A DNA stretch of 64,000 bases from Macrostomum lignano (Eukaryota), in NCBI GenBank assembly GCA_002269645.1, contig NIVC01000684.1:186001-250000 (forward strand), written 5' to 3'. Each line of letters starts with the position of its first letter. Positions within the stretch are counted from its first letter, which is position 1. Position numbers and translations under genes: made by a program. This document shows positions 22,901 to 35,072 of this stretch, in pieces. The notes under the pieces were generated by a model. The model saw only the letters and a program-made list of their open reading frames with translations. It ran no database searches and was not told the origin of the DNA.

Positions 22901-25803
22901 TTTGCAAAGCCGAGGAATGAAGCCAACTCTGCCGTATTTGTGGGTGCCTTGAGTTTTGATACGGACTCGGTGTGCGACTGGAGAGTTTGAATTCCCGCTG
23001 CGCTGACGCGGTGTCCAACGAACTCGATCTCCGACGCCTTGAAGGTGCACTTCTTGAGGTTGACGGTTACTCGATGCTGCAGCAGCTTGTCCAGTACCTG
23101 AAGTACGCGACTTTCGTGCTCGGCTTCCGTAGCGGCGTGAACAGCGATGTCGTCTTGATAGTGAACGACGCCTCTGATGCCCTAGAGGATCTTGCCGACG
23201 ACCTTCTGGAAGGCCGCCGGAGCCGAGCTGATGCCGAACGGCATCCGTCTGAATCGGTAGAGGCCGGATTCGGTGTGGAAGCTTGAAGCTTGATGATTCT
23301 TGGCGTCATCGTGCAGAGGCAGCTGTAGATACGACTGGTTGAGGTCGATCCTTGAGAAAAACTCCGAATTATTGAATTCTGTCACCAGGTCGGCGAAGGT
23401 AGGCAGTGACATCGAGTCCGGGATAATCGCCTTGTTGACGCTTCGCAGATCAACGCAGAGGCGCAGCTTCCCATCGGCCTTGCGGGCACAGGTGACGTTG
23501 GACTGCCAGTCGGGGATGTCGCCGTCGACTCGCTCGATGATGCCTTCTTCCTCCCAGCGTTGAATCTCGCTGTCGCACTCCTGGCGCAGCGCTAGAGGCA
23601 GTCGGCGCAGACGCTGAGCTGCGGGAGGCACAGTTGGGTCAACTCTGGGACGGTGGCAGAACCCTTTGATCTCACCGAGTCCGGTGCCCAAGGCGTGGTA
23701 CTTAGCTGGGACCCATTCGGGCATCGACGTGGTCGGAGGCTCCTCGGACTCGACCGCAGCAATCTGATGTCCGGAAGGCCCGAGAACTCTGCAGTTCAGC
23801 TTGTCCATCAGGTCGATTCCCATCAGGTCATCGCCGTCCATGACGACGGTGAAGGTGAACGACGGGAGCTGGACGCAGTCGAACTCGACCGTGGCGTCGA
23901 CCTCGCCGGCGACGCTGATTCTGGAGCCGTTGTACGACACGAGCTGTCTCTCTGACAGTCGCAGGGGGACCTTTGGGCCGAAAGGCTTCCGTCAGGTCTG
24001 CATGTTGATGATAAGAGACCGTGGCAGCTGTGTCCACCAACAGCGGAGTGCTGAACCCGTTGATCCTGACGCTGGCTCTCTTGTACTCGCCCTTCTTGTT
24101 CGTGCTGACGGCGAAGATGCTTTGCTGAGCGGAGCTGTCGAAGTCGACGCCTTGAACCTTCTTCTGAGCCGAGTGCGGTGCCGTGGTGCTGCTCTTGTAC
24201 ACGCTGGCGAAGTGGTTGAGCTTTCCGCACTTCTTACGCGCTTTGCCGCGGGCAGCGCAGCGCGGGTCGTTGCCTGTGCGGTGGCCCGGCTTACCGCAGT
24301 GCGAGCAGCAGGGCTCTTGCGGTGGTCGCGCTGCCTGGCCTCTGGTGCCGATCGGAGCTCTCTTGGCGTTGATCTTCCTGATTCCGTCGTCAGCTGCATT
24401 CTTGCCGGTCAAGGACTTCTCACTCTGGACAGCTTTTTCCACCTGGGCGGCAATCTGGATTGCTCCGTCCAGGGTGAGCTCTTGCTCTAGCAGGAGGCGT
24501 TCGCGAACCTTCGCTGGTGAAGTGCCAAAGATCAGCTGGTCCAGGATGAGGTCGTCATGAAGGCTCTGGAACTCGCAGTCTCTGGCGGCATGGCGCAAGT
24601 TTGCCACGAATGCGTGCACGCCTTCGCCGCTCCGCTGGACGCATTTCCAGAAGACATGGCGCTTGGCATACACGCTGAAGGTGGGCTGAAGGTGCTCCTT
24701 GAGCAGTTTTCATGCCGCTTCGAGTGTCGCTGGAGCTTCATCTGGAGACTTGATGAGAGTCCGGTAGACTCGCACTCCTTCCCGCCCGAGGCAGTGCACG
24801 AGCAGTGCGATCTTCCTGGCTTCTTGCAAGCCGTCGACTCCTGACGCTACCAGGTAGGTGTCGAACTCAGCGGCCCAAGTTTCCCATGAAACCACAGGTG
24901 TTCCTGGGTTGTCGAGAAATGGAGCGGTTCTCTGAGGTTTAGTCGTAGCGCTGGCGCTGTGGCGTTGTCAGAGCTGCTCATTTCTAACTTCGCTGAGTTG
25001 TGTTTGCAGAATTGCAAGGCGATAGCGAGAGTTGGGCTTGTGGGCCTTGGCTGCCGTGAGTTGAGTTGAATTTTGCGCGGGGTGGGTTTTCGCTAAGTCC
25101 CTGCTTGCGATGCCAGTGTTGTGGCAGCTGGCCAAATGAATTAAATCAATTCACTTAAGGCGAAGGAGAGGAGAGGTGGCTCTCAGCTACAGTGAGCTAG
25201 CCAATATATATTGTCTGACTGATACGAGATAGATGTACATCGGTGCGCGTACGTTACATAATAGCATTGAGCATGCACATTCACAACAATCTGCTGTGCC
25301 TATGACACCAAAGATTGCACCTCTACCAACTAACCTATCGATCCTAGCAAATACTGTTGCGTCAATAGCAACTAAACGTTACTAGTTAGTCGACCTTAGC
25401 AACCAACTTGTGGATAGCAACCAGCTAGAACTAAGCTCAGCCAAAATCTTGGTTCGCGGTTGGTTTAATCTCCCTGACTTCCTGTTTCAGTGCTGGACGT
25501 TCTATCCACTTGGTACAGTGAAATCAAGGACTACAATTTTGATCAGCACAACGAGTCGCCGCGCACTTGTAAGAAACCTACTTAAATACTACTTCATTTC
25601 AATGAAATGAGTAGCATAGTTTGTTCCCCCGGGCAAATATTTTTGCAGCTTTCTTTACTCAAATGATCTGGGCTTCAACTCGGGTTGCTGGATTCGCCAA
25701 AGCAAAGTCGAAGTCCGGCAGAACCTTCATTGTGGCCAGATTTCGACCTACGGGCAATTTGGTCGGTGAATATCAGGCAAATGTGTTCCCTCCCATCGGC
25801 TAG
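19972..25803 (+). CDS. CAP/SCP-domain protein, GAPR-1(GLIPR2)-like, 175 aa; exons 19972-20266, 25491-25568, 25649-25803
   Basis: NTYRRVHGVPHL..SEKLAEKAQVWA, GENV, WYSEIKDYNF, FTQMIWASTRVAGFAKAKSKSGRTFIVARFRPTGN; both introns GT-AG phase 1; total 528 nt; no signal peptide, as in GAPR-1. Confidence 0.9.
20355..20590. repeat. Degenerate repeat (GTCTTGGCGTCCCTAGCAACCAA); related TAGCAACC motifs resume at ~25340-25430 beyond the LTR element
   Basis: Several imperfect copies. Confidence 0.6.
20643..25288 (-). mobile_element. Full-length but inactivated Ty3/Gypsy LTR retrotransposon (Mag-like), antisense in CAP intron 1
   Basis: LTRs 25117-25288 (5') and 20643-20807 (3'), both TG...CA; 5-bp TSD ATCTG (20638-20642, 25289-25293); PBS-like TGGCATCGCAAGCAGGGAC after the 5' LTR; G-run PPT before the 3' LTR; domain order gag-PR-RT-RH-IN. 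Confidence 0.96.
20924..24981 (-). pseudogene. Disrupted gag-pol of the Gypsy element
   Basis: Gag with CSHCGKPGH..C knuckle plus a mutated second knuckle; protease LLVDTA; RT LRLCVDLRSVN, MPFGISSAP, YQDD; RNase H CDSS, YSASEKKAL, TDHQAL; integrase HQGHLG..CSAC, VDIVG, TDNGPQF, GGVER. Several in-frame stops (e.g. KIL*GI, EAA*KL) and frameshifts. Confidence 0.93.
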
Positions 25804-25919
25804 CAACTGAATGATGCTCTGTGTTTGATAGGGTATTTCGATGTTTAATAAACTATTAGACTTTATTGTTAATAAGACTCAATATATAAAAATTTGTTGT
25901 CGAACAAAATTTGCTTTAA

Positions 25920-26220
25920 ATGTGTCTTTAATCGGGCGCATGTGTCTTTAATTGGGCGCATGTGGCTTTAATTGGGCGCATGTGGCTTTAATTGGGCGCA
26001 TGTGGCTTTAATTGGGCGCATGTGGCTTTAATTGGGCGCATGTGGCTTTAATTGGGCGCATGTGGCTTTAATTGGGCGCATGTGGCTTTAATTGGGCGCA
26101 TGTGGCTTTAATTGGGCGCATGTGGCTTTAATTGGGCGCATGTGTCTTTAATCGGGCGCATGTGTCTTTAATCAGGCGCATGTGTCTTTAATTAGTCACC
26201 TGTGTCTTTAATTAGGCACC
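25920..26220. repeat. 20-bp minisatellite (ATGTGGCTTTAATTGGGCGC)
   Basis: Tandem copies. Confidence 0.95.
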
Positions 26221-26932
26221 TGTATCCTTGAGTGGCCACTTGCGAGTTTCTGTGGGCAACATGCGCAAATCGTGCAAGTTAAATTGGCGAGCTGGTTACT
26301 AAGACAAATGGTAATATTTTTTTAATAATTATATAACTCCAGATGCAGAGAAGAGCATACTGTGCTTTTGCAGGACGCGCTTTCCTGACCCGAAGGCTCA
26401 TGTGTCGTCAGTCAGTAAGTATAGAAATGTATTGCTGATTGATCCCCTTTTATGGGTGGCTCTCTAGTCCGTGACTGCATGTTTCGGGTGAAAATGGGCG
26501 CTTTTATATTGTACTATTAAATCAAAACCTCAAACCCACCGCGGTAGCTCTTGCAGCGAGTCGCCATCTATACAGAACAATGCGATGGCAATGTAAGAAG
26601 GAATGAATTGTGCGCACGAAGGTAGCCATTACTGTCCAATGTGCACTCCATTCACCTTCCTATCAAACTTCGAGCAGTAATGCTCTGCTGCGATATTCAT
26701 GCACTGAAAAGAAAATACAGCGACTGAACATTCCTACATGAGCATCGTCTCAGCCGCATGACTAAGAGAGAGCCGAGAGAGTATCTCTACTCCAAGCGCC
26801 AGGCATAAATATAAACTGCTGAGAACAGCTATGCAGAAAGATAGTTCCAACTATTTCTTGGATCCAAATAGAGTAAAAACTGAACTTCTCTAGAAAATTT
26901 CACTAGAAAACAAGCCAAACACGAGTGTAGTA

Positions 26933-27703
26933 ATGCGTCGTGCAATAAATCTGCTAGTGACAATTTTCTCGTGTCTAGTCATTGGCATCCTGAGCGAGAA
27001 ACTCGACTCCTGCAGGGCCAAATTTCCCGAAGGCTCGCTGGATCTGTCCCCGCTAGATGGTTTGGTTAATGGCACCAAAGGTGAGCCGAAATTTATCAAC
27101 TTTGCCCAGGTTTCAATCGCCGGTGTCTCGTACTTTCTGAGTTATAATCCCTGCTCGGGTTTCGGCTGCGTCGGCGACAACTCGGCGGCGATCTGCGCAA
27201 ACGACGCATACAAAATTGGGCTTAAATACGACGTGGCTAGCCAGATTGACAATGATATTTACCTGGAGAATGGCACTGTTCAGATTAGGTACACAAGCGT
27301 CGACAAAAGTCAGAGTAAAGATTTTGTCACCATAGTAACGCTAGTCTGCATTCTTGATAGTCAAACTCGCGTTAATTCGTCGTTTATCGACAAAGTCAAT
27401 TTGACGTTGGACAATCGGCTGACATTCCGGCTGCATTCGGTGCACAGCTGCCTGACTAATAAAACATCTAGTGGCTGGAGTCCCGGCGATGTACTTCTGC
27501 TAATTGTAGGCCTCATGCTGCTTCTGTATTTCTTCGGCTTTCTGCTGTTTAATGCGTTCGTGCAGAAACGAACTGGACTGGACGTATTGCCGCATCGGCA
27601 CGCCTGGATCTACCTGGCTCTGCTAATCAAGGACGGATTCAGCTTCACTATTGGCGCCGTGCGGAGAAAATTCTGCAAGAAACACGAATACTCGGAGATT
27701 TGA
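26933..27703 (+). CDS. Intronless cation-dependent M6P receptor / ATG27-like type I membrane protein, 256 aa
   Basis: Signal peptide, MRH-fold motifs (LDLSPL, YNPC, AAIC, VTLVC, LHSVHSC), one TM helix, GLDVLPH..W..L..LIKDG tail motif, terminal YSEI sorting signal. Confidence 0.87.
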   Translation: MRRAINLLVTIFSCLVIGILSEKLDSCRAKFPEGSLDLSPLDGLVNGTKGEPKFINFAQVSIAGVSYFLSYNPCSGFGCVGDNSAAICANDAYKIGLKYDVASQIDNDIYLENGTVQIRYTSVDKSQSKDFVTIVTLVCILDSQTRVNSSFIDKVNLTLDNRLTFRLHSVHSCLTNKTSSGWSPGDVLLLIVGLMLLLYFFGFLLFNAFVQKRTGLDVLPHRHAWIYLALLIKDGFSFTIGAVRRKFCKKHEYSEI

Positions 27704-27814
27704 ACTGTGGATAGGTGACCGAGCTCTACGATGTTTATGCAACTGCTCGGCATTTTAGAGACATTTCTGTAATTTTAATATGCCATTTACCGGTACTATG
27801 CCCTAATCTCCGTC

Positions 27815-28243
27815 CAGATCCTTGACTCTGCATGACCGCTCTTTCTTCACATCCTTGACTCTGCATCACCGCTCTTTCTCCACATCCTTGACTCTGCATC
27901 ACCGCTCTTTCTCCACATCCTTGACTCTGCATCACCACTCTTTCTCCAGATCCTTGACTCTGCATCACCGCTCTTTCTCCATATCCAATGACTCTGCATC
28001 ACCGCCCTTTCTCCACATCCTTGACTCTGCATCACCGCTCTTTCTCTGCACATTCTTGACTCTGCATCACCGCTCTTTCTTCAGATCCAATTGAATCTGC
28101 ATCACCGCTCTTTCTCCATATCCAATTGACTCTGCATCACCGCCCTTTCTCCACATCCTTGACTCTGCATCACCGCTCTTTCTCCACATCCTTGACTCTG
28201 CATCACCGCTCTCTGCATCACTCCAGATCCTTGACTCTGCCTA
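27815..28243. repeat. 33-bp minisatellite (TTGACTCTGCATCACCGCTCTTTCTCCACATCC)
   Basis: Tandem copies. Confidence 0.93.
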
Positions 28244-28360
28244 AATATAAATATTCACACAAGTAAGTTGTGAATATTCAGTAAGTACATATAAAGTATT
28301 TAGTTCAACGCGTTGCAAAATATGATGACACGATGTTTTATTTCTTAAAAGCAGTATTAA

Positions 28361-30920
28361 CCCTAGATGAAATCGTCATGCCATTTCTTAGCAGATCTGT
28401 CTGGAGCTTCTCGCTACGTTCTTGCAAGAACGTAACAGATCTGCACTATTAAAATATATAGGCAGAACTTACAAGATCTGCAGGAAGATCTTGCACGGTC
28501 TGCACGAGCAGATCTTAGGAGATCTGGGCAGATCTTGTAAGATGTATTAAGCTTTACCAATTGAATGCATTGTCCGTCTTATCAAATCTTCCCAGATCTG
28601 TTTAGTAATCCATTTATAAAATCCCAATGCACTAATTTAATTCCAATAAAGAACACGAGTTATGACAGGACTTTCTTCTTTGATTCTGCACTTTTAGTAT
28701 TGTGCTAGTAAGCTGCCAGAACAAAAGCAAATGTCATTGAACAATCAAAATAAAGTAGACATATTTATTTGTATATTTGATTTGAAAATGTAAACAAATA
28801 CACATATATGCTCATGAAATAAAACTTGTATGCACAAGGGAAATAGCACAAGCAAAAAATAAGTCAACTTCAAAACAAAAGTTAAGCACACACTCAATAG
28901 AAAAAATACTAATGGTACAATGGACTAATGAAATTAGGGTGAGCAATACTTTTAGAAACTAAAAAATAGAAGCAGAAACATTTGAAAAAAACCAGGTGCA
29001 TCTTTTACTACAATGTACAATTAAATTGGTTTGCAAATAATTGAAACTGAAAGAGTCCAGTACTGAAAGATTTTAAAGTCAATATTGCTAGAAAGCTTAC
29101 TTTGTTATCAATAAAAGTAGGTCTATAAGAGCTCTTAGTAATACTTTAGGGCTCTTTATCATGTTGCATTTTTACTTTAGGCTGGCTTCATTTTTTCTTT
29201 TAGCAATCATAGGATGCTTGCCACTTTGCCACTTGGTATAAAGACAAGCTTGGAACCCATAAGTAGCGATGCCATATTGACCATGTAAAGTAGCTGCAAT
29301 GAAAGGGAAAATTGTAGTAAAGTTCTGGGATTTTAAACATTCAATTCAAAATAACCAAAATATAAAACAAATATAGTTGTTATGTTTTTAAATAGTCAGA
29401 GTAATAACTTTTGTAAAAGTCCTTTGGTCTAATTAAATTTAGACCTGTTTTTCTTCTATTCTATATTTTTCATATTATTCATCTAGTCTAGGCCTATCTA
29501 GTATAAATACTTTTAGATTTTGCTATGCCTATCTATATTCTTCAAATAGTAGGTCAAGGCTTAAGATAACTTTCTAACAACCATAAGCCTATATTTAAGC
29601 ATCTAGGTTTAATTTTAATTCATAAAAACTATACCCTATATAGCAATTACAATTTTTAGTAGAGTAGGGCCTATTTTATTTTAAAATTAAAATGATAAGC
29701 CTAGTTATAACACTATTTACTAAAAATAGACATTACACTCTTAACCTAAGTGTTTAAAATCAAGGAGGGATTAAAACCAAGTTTTACAGATATGTCAAAC
29801 TACCTATTTATAAATCTAGATAAGCATATAAAAAAAAACAGAATAGACCTATTTAATTAAGATTTACTTACTAGCTAGCTAGGTCACTAGAACTAGCCTA
29901 GCCCTAGCCTAGGGGCTAGAACTAGGTATGTATATATAAATATAATATAATGAAATGCAGAAGACTACAAAAAATACTGATCTATGTAACTGAATTTCTG
30001 AATTATTAATGGATTAATGAATTATTAATGGACAACATCACTACAACACTAGGTCTAGACATGCATTCTATTTCTATTAAAGCATAGAACAAAGTCATAG
30101 GCCTAGGCCTACGATCATACTTATAGGCCTGGGAGTAGGAGACAAGCCTAGATATATATATGATATAGATATATAGCATACATTTTATAGTCAGTCTGTC
30201 AATTATGTCAAATTTTTTTATTGATGACGCGATCTACTCTTCATTTAAAGCCATGCTATACTCAATCAAAAAAGTTATTATAGCTAAAAAAGTAAAAAAT
30301 AGTGATACAACACTATGAAACAATTTAAGGAATTAAAAATTACGTATTCGGCTAAGTCAAAAGAAAGAAAGTCTGCAAGATGGATGGATAAATTGCAAGA
30401 GCGAGAATTCAAACTATAAGGGTCCACTACGTTCAGAACTGCGGAGAGAATATTTAAACAAATTCATTTACTGTTGGCTGCCAGAAGAACAACTAAAATA
30501 AATACAAATCATTAAAAAAACGTAATTACTGTTATGTTAAATATTTTGTGGAAAAAAACAATTCAGACACTTTTCAAAACTGGTCTGTACAGATCTGCAA
30601 GAACTGATCTGACAAGATTCAGCAGAGAAATGTGAAAATATACGAAAGTCTTTTTTCTGATATACAGTTGGAAATTTTGTTTTCTCTTTACCTAATAAGT
30701 ATTTTCTAAAAATCACGAATGTTTTCTACGTACTAAACAATAAAAAATGGCTTGCAAAGATTTGTAAGATCTTGTAAGACAAAAGCAGATACAGATCTGC
30801 TAAGAGATTTAAGTAAGAACAGATCTGTTAAGAATGTGTTAACCAAAATTCACAGATCTGCTAAGAAATTTAAGTAGGAACAGATCTGCCAAGAATGAGT
30901 AAACAGAACTTCATCTAGGG
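28361..30920. mobile_element. Non-autonomous DNA transposon, probably CMC/EnSpm-like, 2.56 kb
   Basis: 11-bp perfect TIR CCCTAGATGAA / TTCATCTAGGG; AA on both flanks (possible 2-bp TSD); many subterminal CAGATCTG(CTAAGA) repeats, inverted between the two ends. Confidence 0.65.
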
Positions 30921-32317
30921 AATTTACTGAAAATGATGTTACTGATGTTGTCTTCTCGATCCATTTAAACTTGACCACCAGAGGTGAACTTTTTGGAGCT
31001 TTGTACCTTTATCAAACCAATTAAATTGTAGAACTGTATAGTATCTTGCAAAATAAAAAATTGTGTTTTATATTGTGTTTTGGTTTCAGCCACAAGATTC
31101 TAAAAAATGTGTGTCTTTAGTTTTTCTGTCTTTAGGAGTCCAGAGAGATAAGATTTTTTCAAGCGGGGAAATTGGGAGTCGTGCCCCTCGAAATTAATCA
31201 ATAGGCTGGCAAAATTATAGTCCCCTCCTGTACAGTACTTGATATCAATTGTAAAACCGAAGTAGCATACGATCTATGTACACTCGTACATACTGATGTA
31301 CATGTGTAGTTGTTGATTGTTATGTTAAAATTATCGGCCTTCAGCTCGTGCCGGCCAGCCGACGTTTGCCAGCCGACGTTTGCCAGCCGACGTTGCCAAC
31401 CGATCACGTTCATCTAGACCAAAGAAACTAGAATACTAGATGGGCCACTGAGCACATTTGCGTGTAAACTACTTTCACTTCAGTGGTTAACATGCAGAAG
31501 CATTTTTATGTATTTTAAAGCCAAGACTCATTTATTGGCTTTTACCCCCTAGCTTAAAACCTCCAACTGCGCCTTTCAGTTTCCACACTATTTTATAAAA
31601 TAGCCCGTATTCTTCTTTGCTACGGAACTGAAAGTAGCAAACTTGTTTGTTTTGCTAAGATGCCTGGAGTGGCAGATCTACTTATTTTAGTAGTATCTGT
31701 GAATTAGATTAAATTAGATTAAAAGCTTAGATTTGGGCTCTACGGACTACATTCAATTTTACAGCTCAACCCAGCTAGAAATTGTCGTTATTCTTCGTTG
31801 CTGGTAGTGATTTTGATTATATCACCCCCGCATCATCTACAGGGATGGCACGAATTTGAATTGACGCGGAATCGTACGTGCGATGTTAAATGGAGCCGAT
31901 CGATCTTCTGACTCCTGGGGTCCTGGCTCATCCCGTCGGCGTCACCCGCCGTGTATGAGGGCAATCTTGTGGAATTGTTGGTCTTGTGTTTGCGAAGTTT
32001 ACATGTACCATGTAATCTTGAATTGCTTAGGACTATGCCTTCTGCCTACAATTTAGGCCTAGTTAGGTTTTTAAGCCTTAGATAGTAGTTAGGCCTATGG
32101 ATGGTCTTATAAGACTCTTATCAAGTTATCATATGTATTGAATGGTTTGAAATTTGTCTTCAGCTCACTCAGACAGTTAGAAAATGTACCACTAGGATAT
32201 AGATAGGGCAGGTTGAGTAATGCCAGTGACAGTGTTGCATTCGTGAATGGCCTAGTATTCATTTAGGCTTGATTTATTTAACAGAGCTTGCATGCATGGC
32301 AGCCGTCTACTCCACAG

Positions 32318-33032
32318 TCTACCCAGTGTTTAAATTGCATGCATGACAGCCACATCTTAACTTATTATATAGTATGTCTTATACTGTTTGAATTATTGAT
32401 ATTTAAATTAACAAAAAAAGCTATGAATTGAGATTACAAGTAAGAAAACACGTAATAAGTTATTAAATAAGTTCAGTCAGTCAGTAGCAACATGCAGATT
32501 TGAGGGAAAGGGTCCAATTTGCAGTTCACTATATTGCCAATCTGCTGGTTGCCATGCACACAATTAAAATACTAGGCCTAGGTAGACAGTTGCAATGTCT
32601 ACAATTTAAACATTGCTATTTTTTTATTAGAGGCAGGGGGGTTGTGTGCACACTGGCGCACTTTAAGCGACATAGGCACACAACCGGCGAGAAGCATTAC
32701 TGCCCATTCCGCCGACTCCCCTGAGCAGGCATGCAAGCGCGCGGATACGTTACACAAGCACACACTCACACAGGAGTGCATAGCGGCCCTAACTTTATCA
32801 ATTGTTAGGCATGTACACTTCACTGCGCCTTGGGAGGTTGGCTCTCAAGGCCGTTAATTGCACAAGCAAGCCAAGCCAAGATTCCAATCCAGCCCCAAAT
32901 TAACGTGGCTGCACTTGGAATCGAGCCTGGGTCGCGGCATACCAGAGCAGCTGCGCTACCGCTGGGCTACAGCCCCCCTTAAACATTGCTATGTAGATAG
33001 CTATTGTGCATGCAATTTAAACACTAGGTAGA
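32318..33032. mobile_element. Possible MITE with ~26-bp TIR hosting the SINE insertion
   Basis: TCTACC[C/T]AGTGTTTAAATTGCATGCA inverted pair at ~32318-32344 and ~33008-33032; no clear TSD. Confidence 0.4.
32619..32978 (-). mobile_element. Full-length tRNA-derived SINE (lineage A), 360 bp
   Basis: Head GGGGGGCTGTAGCCCAGCGGTAGCGC...GGCTCGATTCC; tail GCCTCTAATAAAAAAA; 13-bp TSD TTAAACATTGCTA (32606-32618, 32979-32991). Confidence 0.9.
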
Positions 33033-33132
33033 TGGCTAGGGGCCTACCATGCACATAGGCCTAAGCTTTCTGTTTAGGCTATTTAATTGCTATTAGCTAG
33101 AGCTAGCAGAGGTAGATCTAGAGGGGGCCAAG

Positions 33133-33320
33133 CAGGGGCGTAGCCAGGAATTTCCTACGGGGGGGGATACACCAAGGTGAATTTCCTACGGGGGGGGATA
33201 CACCAAGGTAAAAGTGCTCACATGGTAGCATGTATAGCGAAAAAGTGCAACAAAAAAGTTTTGGTCAGGCTCTTCGGGGGGGGATACATCCCCCCTGATC
33301 CCCCCCTCCCTACGCCACTG
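33133..33320. mobile_element. hAT MITE, 188 bp
   Basis: TIR CAGGGGCGTAG / CTACGCCACTG; 8-bp TSD GGGCCAAG. Confidence 0.9.
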
Positions 33321-33678
33321 GGGCCAAGGGCAAAGGCTATACTTTTTTGGGCTATAAATAATTTATGCCAAGTCCTTTTTTCAATATTGGATTGTAGTAT
33401 TTTATTGCTTAATGTAGCTTGTCCCCCCTAAAAAATTTCTTGATCTATGCTTGAAGCCTAATAAAATTAACTAAGTCAATGGGCCCCCTAGTTATATTGT
33501 ATTAATAGGCCTAATTAGCTCTTATCTTCGTCTATAATTATATAAATCTATAGCTTTGCTTTTGTTTAGGCCAATTAATTTTTAGCATTTTTTGCTATAA
33601 TATTATCTCTAATTTATATCTAAAATCTAGTAAAACTTTAGGCCTAGACTATATATTAGGCTCCTATATTATTATTAG

Positions 33679-34378
33679 TAGAGCTGTCACAAAATCTCGA
33701 TGAGACAAGATTCGAGACAAGATCTCAACATTTTTTCTCATCTCAAGAAATCTCGAATTTTGTCAAGAAATTTGAGATAAGATTCAAGAATTTTTCTGAT
33801 ACCTTTTTTCAAAAGCTTTTAAGTGATAAGATATAAAAAGGGGAGCAAATTTTCATATAAATACAACTGTTTATTGTAATATGCTTGATAGGGCAATTTT
33901 CAAATGGTAAAATCTAGCCAATGTCAAGAAGTTTTAGTTATTTAACAAATTTAACATTTAGTTATATACGAGTTTGCATTGCATATGTGCTCTTTTAGTT
34001 ATCATTTCAGTTCTGCGGCAAGGTGTATCATAGCAGACTCGAAGACAATCTACACAGGTCTTTTGACAAATTAGTAATAGACATAGGCCTAATAGGGTCA
34101 ATGGCCTATATGCTACAAGCATAAATGCTTATGAATAAATAGCAAAGAATTAAAACTAGAATTAAGAAAGTATTCTGGAAAATCTAAAAAATATATTTTA
34201 GAATTGTATCTTATCAAGAAATTTAAGACAAGATAAGAGCAAGATAAGATGCAGATAAGATTCTGAAATATATATTTTTAGATTTACTTTGTCTTGTCTT
34301 GTCTTGAAATTCTCGACTTATAAGCCTTTCTCGTCTCGAATAAAATCTCGAATAAAATCTCTAATTTTGACAGCTCTA
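33679..34378. mobile_element. Non-autonomous hAT element, 700 bp
   Basis: TIR TAGAGCTGTCA / TGACAGCTCTA; 8-bp TSD ATTATTAG; subterminal TCTCGA/GACAAG repeats. Confidence 0.9.
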
Positions 34379-34714
34379 ATTATTAGTAGTATATAAAAGC
34401 TTATTTAACTTTAATGTTTATATTATAACAAGCTGTTGAAACCCGTGGATTTTGAACCTGGGGAATTCTGATTCCAGGAAATATTTGTGCATGTGCTCTG
34501 AGATCTGAGGCTATACTCAAACAAAAACTTGTTAATGGTTAGTAGGATAGAGTAAACAAAAAATGGAGTACATTTGTGTAAAATTAGAATTTGAGGCAAA
34601 CATTTGATATTGTTGGCTGGGGTATGTGCTGCGCAGAATGTCGGGCAATGTCTGTCTGACTCTAAAACATGTATTGGCAAACTCTGGCCTCTGCCTCTGA
34701 CTCTCCCTACGTAC

Positions 34715-34999
34715 CTTGGATCGATTGCAACTTATATCTTCTCTCTGTTTCCTCTCTTCTCTCTCGTCCCTCGTCTCTCCTTTCTTCTTTCTCCTCTCCT
34801 CTCTCCCCCTTTTCTCTCGTCTCTTCCTTCTCTCTACTCTTTCCTCTCTCTCTTTCCTCTCATCTCTTTTCTTGTTTTATCTCTCCTCTCTCCCCTCGTC
34901 TCTCGTCTATTCCCTCACCTCTCTTCTCTCTTGTCTGCTTTCTCATCTCTCCTTTCTCTTCTTTTATCTTTTCTCTCTTATCTCTTCTCCTTTCTCTCT

Positions 35000-35072
<73 letters not shown>

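Noticed and set aside
21718-24844. Multiple plus-strand and alternate-frame ORFs over the Gypsy element
   Set aside because: Shadow ORFs of GC-rich gag-pol sequence; no env or extra gene recognised.
28357-30924. piggyBac assignment for the CCCTAG-ended element
   Set aside because: The right flank is AATT rather than TTAA; only a 2-bp AA duplication fits.
31840-31970. CpG-rich island as a possible ncRNA/ribozyme or hAT end (CAGGGATGG)
   Set aside because: No diagnostic ribozyme or snRNA motif and no partner TIR found.
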